A stretch of DNA of 64,000 nt from positions 2,050,935-2,114,934 of the forward strand of contig OY762633.1 of NCBI GenBank assembly GCA_963666125.1. Reading direction: 5' to 3'. Shown here piece by piece: positions 56,927 through 64,000 of this stretch. Below the pieces are notes generated by a model. That model did not search any database. It saw only the letters and a program-made list of their open reading frames with translations, and was not told the DNA's origin. The DNA comes from Dehalococcoidia bacterium (lineage in GTDB: Bacteria; Chloroflexota; Dehalococcoidia; Lucifugimonadales; CAJWER01). The translations under genes and the position numbers were made by a program. Every line of letters starts with the position of its first letter. Positions within the stretch are counted from its first letter, which is position 1.

Positions 56927-57640
56927 ATGACTACCGTATCCGCAGAGACCCTCGACGCGCTCAAGGAGTTCGACGCCGCAACGCTGTTCAACGCGGTGGT
57001 GGCGAGCATGGGAGGCAGCCAGGGCGGCAACGAGCTCGACTCCAAGGGCGGCGTTCCGTTGAACTACACGGGGCCCGAGGTCGTCTCCATGCTGCCCGAG
57101 TTCGGCAGGGCCATCGGCACCGTCGTCACGACGGAGGTCACCACCAACGACCCCGACTCGGCCGCGATCCCGTGGGACGAGTACTACGACACACTCGAGG
57201 CGACCCCCGGGCCCATCATCGCCGTGATGAGGGACGTGGACACGCGCCCGGGCCGGGGAGCCTGCTTCGGGGACGGCATGGCCTGGCGCCACAGGATGCT
57301 CGGTGTCACGGGCGCAGTCGTCGAGGGCTCGGTCCGCGACCTCGCCGGCATCAGGGACGCCGGCCTGCCGATATGGGGTACGGGCAGGGTGCCTGGGCAC
57401 GGCGTCTTCAACCTGGTCTCCGTCAACAGGTCCATCAGCGTGGGCGGGCTGCTCGTGTACCCCGGCGAGATAATGCTCGCCGACCTGGACGGCTGCACGA
57501 AGATCCCGCATGGGACCGACCCCGAGGACGTGCTGAAGCACGCCCATAGCATTCGCGAGATGGAGCAGGGGATGTTCGAACTCTACCGGCAGCCCGGCAT
57601 GACCCTCGCAAAGCTGAAGGAGCTGCGAAGCCGGGGATAG
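56927..57640 (+). CDS. RraA-family protein (RraA / 4-hydroxy-4-methyl-2-oxoglutarate aldolase-like)
   Basis: 237 aa. GDGMAWRHRMLGVTGAVVEGSVRD ... VYPGEIMLADLDGCTKIP fits the RraA-like fold pattern. Confidence 0.7.
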   Translation: MTTVSAETLDALKEFDAATLFNAVVASMGGSQGGNELDSKGGVPLNYTGPEVVSMLPEFGRAIGTVVTTEVTTNDPDSAAIPWDEYYDTLEATPGPIIAVMRDVDTRPGRGACFGDGMAWRHRMLGVTGAVVEGSVRDLAGIRDAGLPIWGTGRVPGHGVFNLVSVNRSISVGGLLVYPGEIMLADLDGCTKIPHGTDPEDVLKHAHSIREMEQGMFELYRQPGMTLAKLKELRSRG

Positions 57641-57729
57641 GGTGGCCGCCGGCCGATGACTGGAAGCACGTTCGCCCTGAGCTTGTCGAAGGGCAGTTCT
57701 CGGCTATTCAGATAAGTTTGACATCGTCC

Positions 57730-58817
57730 CTAGTCCGGCAGGCGCCACCTGACCGTGTGCATGTCCCAGGGCTCGGCGGGGTCGCCCGTGGGCAGCAGCG
57801 GCGTGTTCCCGGTCACGGTGACGATGGTGTCGTCGTCGAGCACGACCGAGCCTGAATATCCTGCGCCGTCAGATACGACGTAGTACTCCTCGCTCCACGT
57901 CGCCCCCTCGTCGGACGACACGCGGGCGCGCAGGTTGCCCTCCGGGTACGGGTAGCGGCTGGTGTGGAGCAGCACGATCCGCCCGTCCGACACCCGCACC
58001 AGCTCGCCCGGGCAATGGCCGATCACCTTGGTCCACTGCCTGACGTTGCGCCACGTGCGGCCGCCGTCGTCCGAGTCGGCCAGGAACAGGTGCTTGTAGA
58101 CCATGCCGGGGTCGCCGCCCGTCTGCTTCCACATGTCCGGCGGGTCGTCGGGGTACGAGAACCACCGCTGCCTGCGGATCGCGGCGAGGAGCCTGCCGCC
58201 CCCGAGCGAGAGGAAGGAAGTCTCCGAGCAATGATCGACGATCAGCGTCCGGTCTCCCCACGTCGCGCCGCCGTCCGTCGACCGGTAGACGTAGTCGTAG
58301 ATGCCGCGCTCCTCCAGCGGAAGCTCGGAGCCGCCGTGGTCGCGCACCCCGTCCCCATTGCGCAGTGTGACCGCGACGATGACCGTGCCGTCCGGCAGCA
58401 CGCAGAACTTGTTGCCGTCGGCGCCCGGCGCCCCGGTGTAGGGGGCCTTGTCCAGCGGCGCGCCGGGGTCCCACGTCCTGCCCCTGTCGGTAGAGCGGGC
58501 GACCGCCATGCCCCGTACCCCCGCACCGTCCGGCGGCGTCTCGTAGAGCAGGACGAAGGTGTCGTCGGGCAGCACGCCGAAGTTGTTCATGCGCTCGAAT
58601 CCGTCGAACGCCACGGGGAACGACCTCCAGCCGCGCCCCCGTCCGACGACTCGAATATCCGGCTGTGGACGCCGGCGAAGAGAGTGCCGTCGCGCGCTCG
58701 CCCCACGCACGGGTCGGCCCGCCACGGCATGTCCGCGTAGTCCATCGCGGCCGTCTCGGCCGCCAGCCGGCCGGTCTCGTTCCCAGCTTCGTCGCGCACC
58801 AATACGAACGATCTCAT
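57730..58817 (-). pseudogene. BNR/Asp-box repeat (sialidase-like) beta-propeller protein, interrupted by a 1-nt frameshift
   Basis: ORFs 58587..58817 and 57730..58725 join to a continuous protein if one G is added to the G5 run (C5 at 58636-58640 on the plus strand). This restores an Asp-box SSDGGRGW. Four further Asp-boxes lie downstream (STDRGRTW, STDGGATW, SDDGGRTW, SSDEGATW). Confidence 0.7.
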
Positions 58818-58893
58818 GGTCTGGGGAATCCTTGTTGGGGTGTGTAGCGTAAGTTAGTATAGGTTACCCACAGTCAACACGCCGAGGTTCCAA

Positions 58894-61800
58894 TTGAGTT
58901 TCCTAACGTCGATGGCCCTGCGCCGGCCGACCGTAGCGGTGCTGGCCATATTCCTGGTACTTGGCTCAGGAATCTTCGCCTACCGCAGCCTCCAGGTCGA
59001 GCTGTTCCCGCAGATCGAATTCCCCCTCGTCACAGTTCTCGCGTCCTACCCCTCCGCAGACCCCGAGGCCATCGTGCGCCAGGTGACCGGGCCGATAGAG
59101 AGGGCCATCGACGGCACTCCTGGGCTGGAATCGATTCGATCGACGACCAGGGAGGGCAGCTCGGTCGTCCTTGCAACGTTCAAGTACGGCACCGACATGG
59201 CGGGGGTGGAGAGCGTAATCCAGACGGCTGTCAACGACATCACACTCCCCTCCGGCGCCGAGGATCCCACCGTAGGCCGCTTCAACCCCGACGAGTTCCC
59301 CGTCATACAGTTCAGTGTCGTCTCGGACCGGGACCTGTACGAGGTCCAGGGCATCGTGCGGTCCCGCATCGTGCCCGAGATATCCGGGATCGAAGGCGTC
59401 CAGAACGTCTCGCTGAGCGGAGAGGTCGAACGAAGCGTCCGAATAGTGGCGGACACCGACAGGATGGCCGCGAACGGGGTCTCGCTGTTCCAGATCTCCG
59501 CCGCCCTCAGCGAAAACAACCTCACCCTCCCCGCCGGCCTAATCTTCGACGGCTCCCAGGCGGTCATAGCCAAGACGACCCACACGCTCGACTCCATCGA
59601 GGACATACAGGGCCTCGTCGTGGGGGTGTCTCCATCTGGCCCGGTGAGGCTGTCCGACGTGGCCGACGTGACCTTCAGGGGCGGCAGGCCCAGGAGCATC
59701 ACCAGGACCAACGGCAAGCCCGGCATCGGAGTCGCGGTCTCGAAGAAGCCCGAGGTCAACACGCTCGACGTGACGACCGCGGTCAACGAAGCCCTCGACG
59801 GCATCGCCGGACTCCCGCCCGACGTCGAGATCATCGTCGTCTCCGACCAGGGGCCCAACATCCAGCGGCAGATCGACACTCTCACAAAGGAGGCGATATT
59901 CGGGTTCCTCTTTGCAGTGTCGGTCGTCTTCGCCTTCATGCTCACCATACGCCCCACGATCCCTCGCGGGCTCCTCAACACCCTCCGGCCCACGGTCGTA
60001 ATCGCCCTGTCGATACCGCTCAGCGTATTCACGGGCACCCTGCTGATGTCATGGCAGGACATGACCCTCAACTTCATGACCCTCGGCGGGCTGGCCATAT
60101 CCGTGGGGCGCGTCGTGGACGACTCCATCGTCGTGCTGGAGAACGTCTACCGCCACATCCAGGCTGGCAGGGACAGGTGGCGCGCCGCGCTCGAAGCCAC
60201 TACGGAGGTCGGGCCCGCGATCTTCGCCTCCACCATGACTACCGTCGTCGTCTTCGTCCCGCTGGGGTTCATCCAGGGGCTCGTCGGCGCATTCTTCCTG
60301 CCGTTCGCCCTCACGGTCACCTTCGCGCTGATTGCGTCCCTGCTCGTGGCACTCACGGCGGTGCCCGTGCTGGGGGCGTACTTGCTTCGCCCGGGCGACC
60401 TGCCCGAGGGAGCCGGGGACGAGGGCGAGGTCAGGCTCCCGGAGACGTGGATGCAGAGGGTGTACATAGTGGTCCTCAAGTGGGTGCTCGGCCACAGGCT
60501 GATAACCCTGCTGGTCGCCTTCCTGCTGACCGCATCGAGCTTCGGGCTCCTGGCCTTCATCCCCGTGAACCTGTTCGGCGGCGGCGGCGACCGCTACCTC
60601 GAGATAGATCTCTCCCTTCCGCCGGGCACGCCGGTGGAGCAGACGATTGCCCAGGTGACCGAGATCGAAGCCCGGTTGCGGGAGGTCGTCGACGTCCAGC
60701 TGGTCACCATCGGCGAGACCGACCTCGCCTTTGGAGGAGGTCCGGCCGGCCCGGAGCGGGCCAGCTTCTTCGCCCGCGTCCGCAGCGGCGCCCCGGACGA
60801 CATCGCCAACACCCTCAGGGCTGAGCTCGACCGGCCCGGGCGCTCCCTTAGCATCACCGAGGCGCAGGACGGTCCGCCGACAGGCGGGGTGGTGATCTTC
60901 GTGACCGGGCCCGACTACGGCGACATATCCAGGGTGTCGGGCGAGCTGGCCGCTTCCCTGTCCTCGGTCGACGGCATCGCGAACCTCGAGAGCGACGTCG
61001 CCCAGGCCCGTCCGGAAGTCTCGATAGGGGTCGATCCCGAGAAGGCAGCCATGATAGGGCTCAGTACCCGCCAGGTTGCGTTCCAGCTCAGCCAGTACCT
61101 GATCGGCCAGACCGTGACGACCGTGAACATAGAGGGGGAGGCGGTAGACGTGGTCCTCTCGGGAGACCCCAGGTCCGCCGGAGGTATCGACCAGATCCAG
61201 TCCCTGGTGATCGTCGGCCCGGCCGGAGCGACCCCCCTGGGAGAGCTTGCCGAGGTAGTGATGAAGGAGGGGCCCGTCACCATCAGCCGCACGGACGGCG
61301 TCAGGTCCGCCACCATCACAGGCGACATAACATCGGACGACGCGCAGGAAGTCGGACGGCAGGTCGACGAGAAGATCGCGGCCCTTCGCCTGCCACCCGG
61401 AGTCCAGGTCGTCAGCGGAGGCATCTTCGCGGACATCGCCGAGGGATTCCAGGCCATCTTCATCTCCATGGCCGTGGGCATCGTGCTCGTCTACCTCGTC
61501 ATGGTCACGAGCCTGGGCTCCCTCAGGAACCCCTTCGTGATCGTGTTGACGCTGCCGCTCGCGCTCATCGGCGTATTCACCGCCCTGGCCGTAACGGGCC
61601 GCGCCCTCGGGCTCCCGGCCATGATGGGCATCCTCCTGCTCATCGGCATCGTCGTGACCAACGCCATAGTCCTCATCGCGTTCGTCGAGCAGCAGAGGGC
61701 CAGGGGCATGGGCGTGTACGACGCGCTGATCTCCGGCGCCCGCGTCCGCCTGCGCCCGATACTCATGACCGCCCTCACGACCAGCTTCGCGTTGCTTCCC

Positions 61801-62013
61801 CTCGCGGTCGAGACCGAGGGGGGCGGACTGATAAGCGCCGAGCTGGCAACCGTCGTCATCGGCGGCCTGATGAGCTCCACGGGGCTGACGCTGCTGGTCC
61901 TGCCCATCGTCTACATGCTCTTCAACGAGAGCATCCCCAACCTTCTGGGGCGGATCTTCCGACGGCGTCGTCCTGAGCCTGCGGCGGGCGATCCCGTTCC
62001 CGCCGCCGATTGA
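58894..62013 (+). CDS. RND-family efflux transporter permease (AcrB/HAE-type)
   Basis: 1039 aa, TTG start with a GAGGT RBS. 12-TM/two-large-loop RND layout (ALRRPTVAVLAIFLVL.., GLAISVGRVVDDSIVVLENV, MTALTTSFALLPLA). No adjacent membrane-fusion or outer-membrane gene. Confidence 0.9.
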   Translation: MSFLTSMALRRPTVAVLAIFLVLGSGIFAYRSLQVELFPQIEFPLVTVLASYPSADPEAIVRQVTGPIERAIDGTPGLESIRSTTREGSSVVLATFKYGTDMAGVESVIQTAVNDITLPSGAEDPTVGRFNPDEFPVIQFSVVSDRDLYEVQGIVRSRIVPEISGIEGVQNVSLSGEVERSVRIVADTDRMAANGVSLFQISAALSENNLTLPAGLIFDGSQAVIAKTTHTLDSIEDIQGLVVGVSPSGPVRLSDVADVTFRGGRPRSITRTNGKPGIGVAVSKKPEVNTLDVTTAVNEALDGIAGLPPDVEIIVVSDQGPNIQRQIDTLTKEAIFGFLFAVSVVFAFMLTIRPTIPRGLLNTLRPTVVIALSIPLSVFTGTLLMSWQDMTLNFMTLGGLAISVGRVVDDSIVVLENVYRHIQAGRDRWRAALEATTEVGPAIFASTMTTVVVFVPLGFIQGLVGAFFLPFALTVTFALIASLLVALTAVPVLGAYLLRPGDLPEGAGDEGEVRLPETWMQRVYIVVLKWVLGHRLITLLVAFLLTASSFGLLAFIPVNLFGGGGDRYLEIDLSLPPGTPVEQTIAQVTEIEARLREVVDVQLVTIGETDLAFGGGPAGPERASFFARVRSGAPDDIANTLRAELDRPGRSLSITEAQDGPPTGGVVIFVTGPDYGDISRVSGELAASLSSVDGIANLESDVAQARPEVSIGVDPEKAAMIGLSTRQVAFQLSQYLIGQTVTTVNIEGEAVDVVLSGDPRSAGGIDQIQSLVIVGPAGATPLGELAEVVMKEGPVTISRTDGVRSATITGDITSDDAQEVGRQVDEKIAALRLPPGVQVVSGGIFADIAEGFQAIFISMAVGIVLVYLVMVTSLGSLRNPFVIVLTLPLALIGVFTALAVTGRALGLPAMMGILLLIGIVVTNAIVLIAFVEQQRARGMGVYDALISGARVRLRPILMTALTTSFALLPLAVETEGGGLISAELATVVIGGLMSSTGLTLLVLPIVYMLFNESIPNLLGRIFRRRRPEPAAGDPVPAAD

Positions 62014-62114
62014 GTGGACTTAGGGACAGGTCGTCCTGCGCGCCATAGCTCCTTGACGCCTGTGGACCCATCGTGTTGAATCACCCCATGCCTCTGGAGA
62101 AGGAGGAGGGTCCT

Positions 62115-62861
62115 ATGGCCATGACCCCGGAAGAAAAGTTCATGTTCGACCTGCAGGGGTACCTCGTCATCAAGAACGTGCTCACCGACGCCGAGCTTGC
62201 CGAGCTGAACGAGGTCGCCGATACGAAATTCCCCTACGCCGACCCGGACAGTGTCAGGCGCGAGGAGATCATCAGCACGTGGAGCCCGGCGTTCACCAAG
62301 CTGATCGACCACCCGAAGGTCGTCCCGTACCTCGTCGAGCTCATCGAGCCCAAGTTCAGGATCGACCACGACTACTGCATCTTCATGAGCAAAGGCAACA
62401 CGCGGGGCGGGCTACATGGCGGCCCGGCCTACGGAGGCGACCACTGGTACTCGTACAGGGACGGGGTGATGCGCAACGGCCTGTGCGTCGTGACCTACTT
62501 CCTCACCGACGCCCCGGCCGGCGCGGGCGGCTTCGCCTGCATCCCCGGCAGCCACAAGACCAACTTCAAGGACACCATCCCCGACGACGTGCGCAACTTC
62601 GACCGGGTGCCGGAGTACGTCGTGCAGCCGGCCGTCGAGGCGGGAGACGCTCTCTTCTTCACCGAGGCCCTGGTACACGGCACGATGCCCTGGACCGCCG
62701 ACCACGAGCGCAGGGCCCTGCTGTACAAGTACAGCCCGGGCCACTCTTCGTGGGCCGTCCAGCCTTACAACCACGACGACTACGGCGATCTGACCGAGCA
62801 GCAGAAGCGCATCATGGCCCCGCCATCCATGGACGCCCACCCTGAGGTCGTCCAAAAGTAG
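62115..62861 (+). CDS. Phytanoyl-CoA dioxygenase (PhyH)-family Fe(II)/2-oxoglutarate oxygenase
   Basis: ATG 62115 follows an AAGGAGGA RBS (ORF 62073..62861). FDLQGYLVIKNVL, FACIPGSHK and FFTEALVHG are typical of PhyH-like proteins. Confidence 0.75.
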   Translation: MAMTPEEKFMFDLQGYLVIKNVLTDAELAELNEVADTKFPYADPDSVRREEIISTWSPAFTKLIDHPKVVPYLVELIEPKFRIDHDYCIFMSKGNTRGGLHGGPAYGGDHWYSYRDGVMRNGLCVVTYFLTDAPAGAGGFACIPGSHKTNFKDTIPDDVRNFDRVPEYVVQPAVEAGDALFFTEALVHGTMPWTADHERRALLYKYSPGHSSWAVQPYNHDDYGDLTEQQKRIMAPPSMDAHPEVVQK

Positions 62862-62882
62862 CCGGCCCAGCGCCCTCTGTGG

Positions 62883-63644
62883 TTAGCTGTCCCTCGGCCG
62901 GGCCGTCCAGACCATCTCCTGGCTGTCCTCGTCGAACGGCGTGCGGTCGAAGTCGCCGTAGAGGTCGACGACCTCGTATCCCGCCGACGTGAGCAGGTGG
63001 TGGATCTCCCACCTGTGGGCGTAGCGCAGGCGGAAGTCGCGGTAGAAGCGGCCGACGGCAACCCCCGACTCGTCCAGCTCGTCTACGATCAATCTCGCGT
63101 GGATGACTTGGTTATAGTTGTCGCACGAGCTCTGGTGCCAGATGACCAGTCGCCGGCCGCTCTCCGGGTCGGCGACGTCGCGAAGGTGGTACGCACCGTC
63201 CCCGGGCTGAACCAGCATGTTCAGGTCCGGCTGGAAGACGTTGAACACCAGCCGACCGCCCGGCAGAAGGTGTCGCCTGATGCAGTCCAGCGTGCTCACC
63301 TGGTCCTCGACCGTGAGCAGCGACAGGAAGCCCCTGAACGGGATGATGACGAGCGCGAATCGCCGCCCCAGCGAGAACTCGCGCATGTCGCCGTGCACCA
63401 GCGCGACGGGCGTCCGTCCCGCCTTGCGCCGGGCCGCGTCGAGCATCCCCCGCGACGAGTCCAGGCCTGTGACGTCGGCGCCTGCCCGTGCGATGGGCAG
63501 CGTCACGCGGCCCGTGCCGCACCCCAGCTCCAGCACCGGCCCTCCGCATCGGAGCGCCTCGTCCACGTAGAAGGGAATGTCGTCGGTGACGTATGAGTAT
63601 ACGGCGTCGTAGACGTCGGCCCAGGCGTCGAAGTCCGTCTCCAC
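62883..63644 (-). CDS. Class I SAM-dependent methyltransferase
   Basis: 253 aa. Motif I VLELGCGTGRVTLPIARAG, post-I DSSRGML, then RFALVIIPF. Confidence 0.85.
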   Translation of the reverse strand: METDFDAWADVYDAVYSYVTDDIPFYVDEALRCGGPVLELGCGTGRVTLPIARAGADVTGLDSSRGMLDAARRKAGRTPVALVHGDMREFSLGRRFALVIIPFRGFLSLLTVEDQVSTLDCIRRHLLPGGRLVFNVFQPDLNMLVQPGDGAYHLRDVADPESGRRLVIWHQSSCDNYNQVIHARLIVDELDESGVAVGRFYRDFRLRYAHRWEIHHLLTSAGYEVVDLYGDFDRTPFDEDSQEMVWTARPRDS

Positions 63645-63649
63645 GCCGC

Positions 63650-64000
63650 TCAGCCCGCCGCGTCCTGGAGCGCGATCCGCAGCCGCTCCTCCAGGGATTC
63701 GGGTGCGTCCTCCGGCAGGGACGACACCGCCTCCGACGCCTCCTGCACCGTGTACCCCAGGGCGGTCAGCGCGTCGACCAGGTCCGAATGCCCGGCTGCC
63801 GGCGCATGCACGGAGGCGACCGGCTGCCAGTCCAGCTTGCCCTTCATCTCCAGCACGATGCGGTTGGCCGTCTTGGTCCCCACGCCCGACACGCCCTTGA
63901 ACGCGCCGGGGTCGGCCGAGTCGATCGCCAGCGCCAGGGCGTCCGTGGTCATGGCCGACAGGATGCTGAGCGCCAGGCGCGGCCCCACGCCGTTGACGCC
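63650..64000 (-). CDS. ruvA: Holliday junction DNA helicase subunit RuvA (C-terminal part; 5' end beyond window)
   Basis: The frame is open to the window edge. HhH motif GVSGVGTKTANRIVLEMKGKL and a domain III-like DLVDALTALGYTVQEASEAV. Confidence 0.85.
   Translation of the reverse strand, partial: GVNGVGPRLALSILSAMTTDALALAIDSADPGAFKGVSGVGTKTANRIVLEMKGKLDWQPVASVHAPAAGHSDLVDALTALGYTVQEASEAVSSLPEDAPESLEERLRIALQDAAG

Noticed and set aside
57674-57694. GCCCTGAGCTTGTCGAAGGGC in the convergent gap between the RraA-like and BNR genes. It reminded me of dispersed REP-like elements seen in some GC-rich genomes and could be a bidirectional terminator.
   Set aside because: There is only one copy in the window, the stem is only 5 bp with an 11-nt loop, and there is no U-tract. 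That is too weak to call. A genome-wide copy count would be needed.
58894-62013. The RND pump lacking adjacent membrane-fusion and outer-membrane genes, considered as a possible novelty.
   Set aside because: Stand-alone RND permeases are common, especially in lineages without a classical outer membrane, and partners can be encoded elsewhere. It is not unusual enough to flag.

Overview
GC-rich bacterial chromosomal segment (third codon positions are mostly G/C). It carries about 58 densely packed protein-coding genes, with many GTG/TTG starts and 1-8 nt start/stop overlaps. I recognised no rRNA, tRNA, CRISPR array, integrase or transposase. All start codons are predictions from reading frames, RBS-like purine tracts and overlap junctions.

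Content in order:
1. An 8-gene MoxR-DUF58-VWA-TPR-BatD operon of the Bat/aerotolerance type (1-7987, minus strand; the last gene runs off the window).
2. An ABC machine with two giant double-FtsX permeases and two ATPases (8217-16979). One ATPase ends in an AbrB/SpoVT-like domain. A visibly lower-GC trio follows 4 nt later: a Cys-pair hypothetical plus two DUF488 paralogues (16984-18808).
3. Two Gfo/Idh/MocA oxidoreductases.
4. A collapsed division cluster, rsmH-ftsA-ftsZ.
5. A MogA/MoaB-like gene, a TIGR04076-like gene, trmD, otsA and an MFS gene.
6. A cupredoxin-YbaK-TIM barrel-SDR operon.
7. Two convergent paralogous beta-propeller hydrolase-like genes beside an Opp/Dpp-type importer that has no ATPase genes.
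8. A tightly coupled plus-strand string (40001-51384): MFS, SDR, P-loop-degenerate PaaK-like protein, MthK-type K+ channel, PaaK-like ligase, GNAT, tandem USP, divergent SecA paralogue, low-complexity lipoprotein, RNA-methyltransferase-like gene.
9. An AT-rich array of phased repeats in front of a Fic gene.
10. ccmH-ccmF plus two accessory membrane proteins, then an RraA-like gene, a frameshifted BNR/sialidase-like gene, an RND pump with no adaptor gene, a PhyH dioxygenase, a SAM methyltransferase and partial ruvA.

The best candidates for something undescribed are, in order:
- the channel/ligase/GNAT/USP/SecA-like string (42093-50351);
- the Cys-pair + 2xDUF488 trio;
- the ABC ATPase with an AbrB-like tail on the double-FtsX machine;
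- the phased operator array of the Fic gene.

The taxon cannot be determined from the window. The features fit a high-GC Chloroflexota-like lineage, but that is only an impression.
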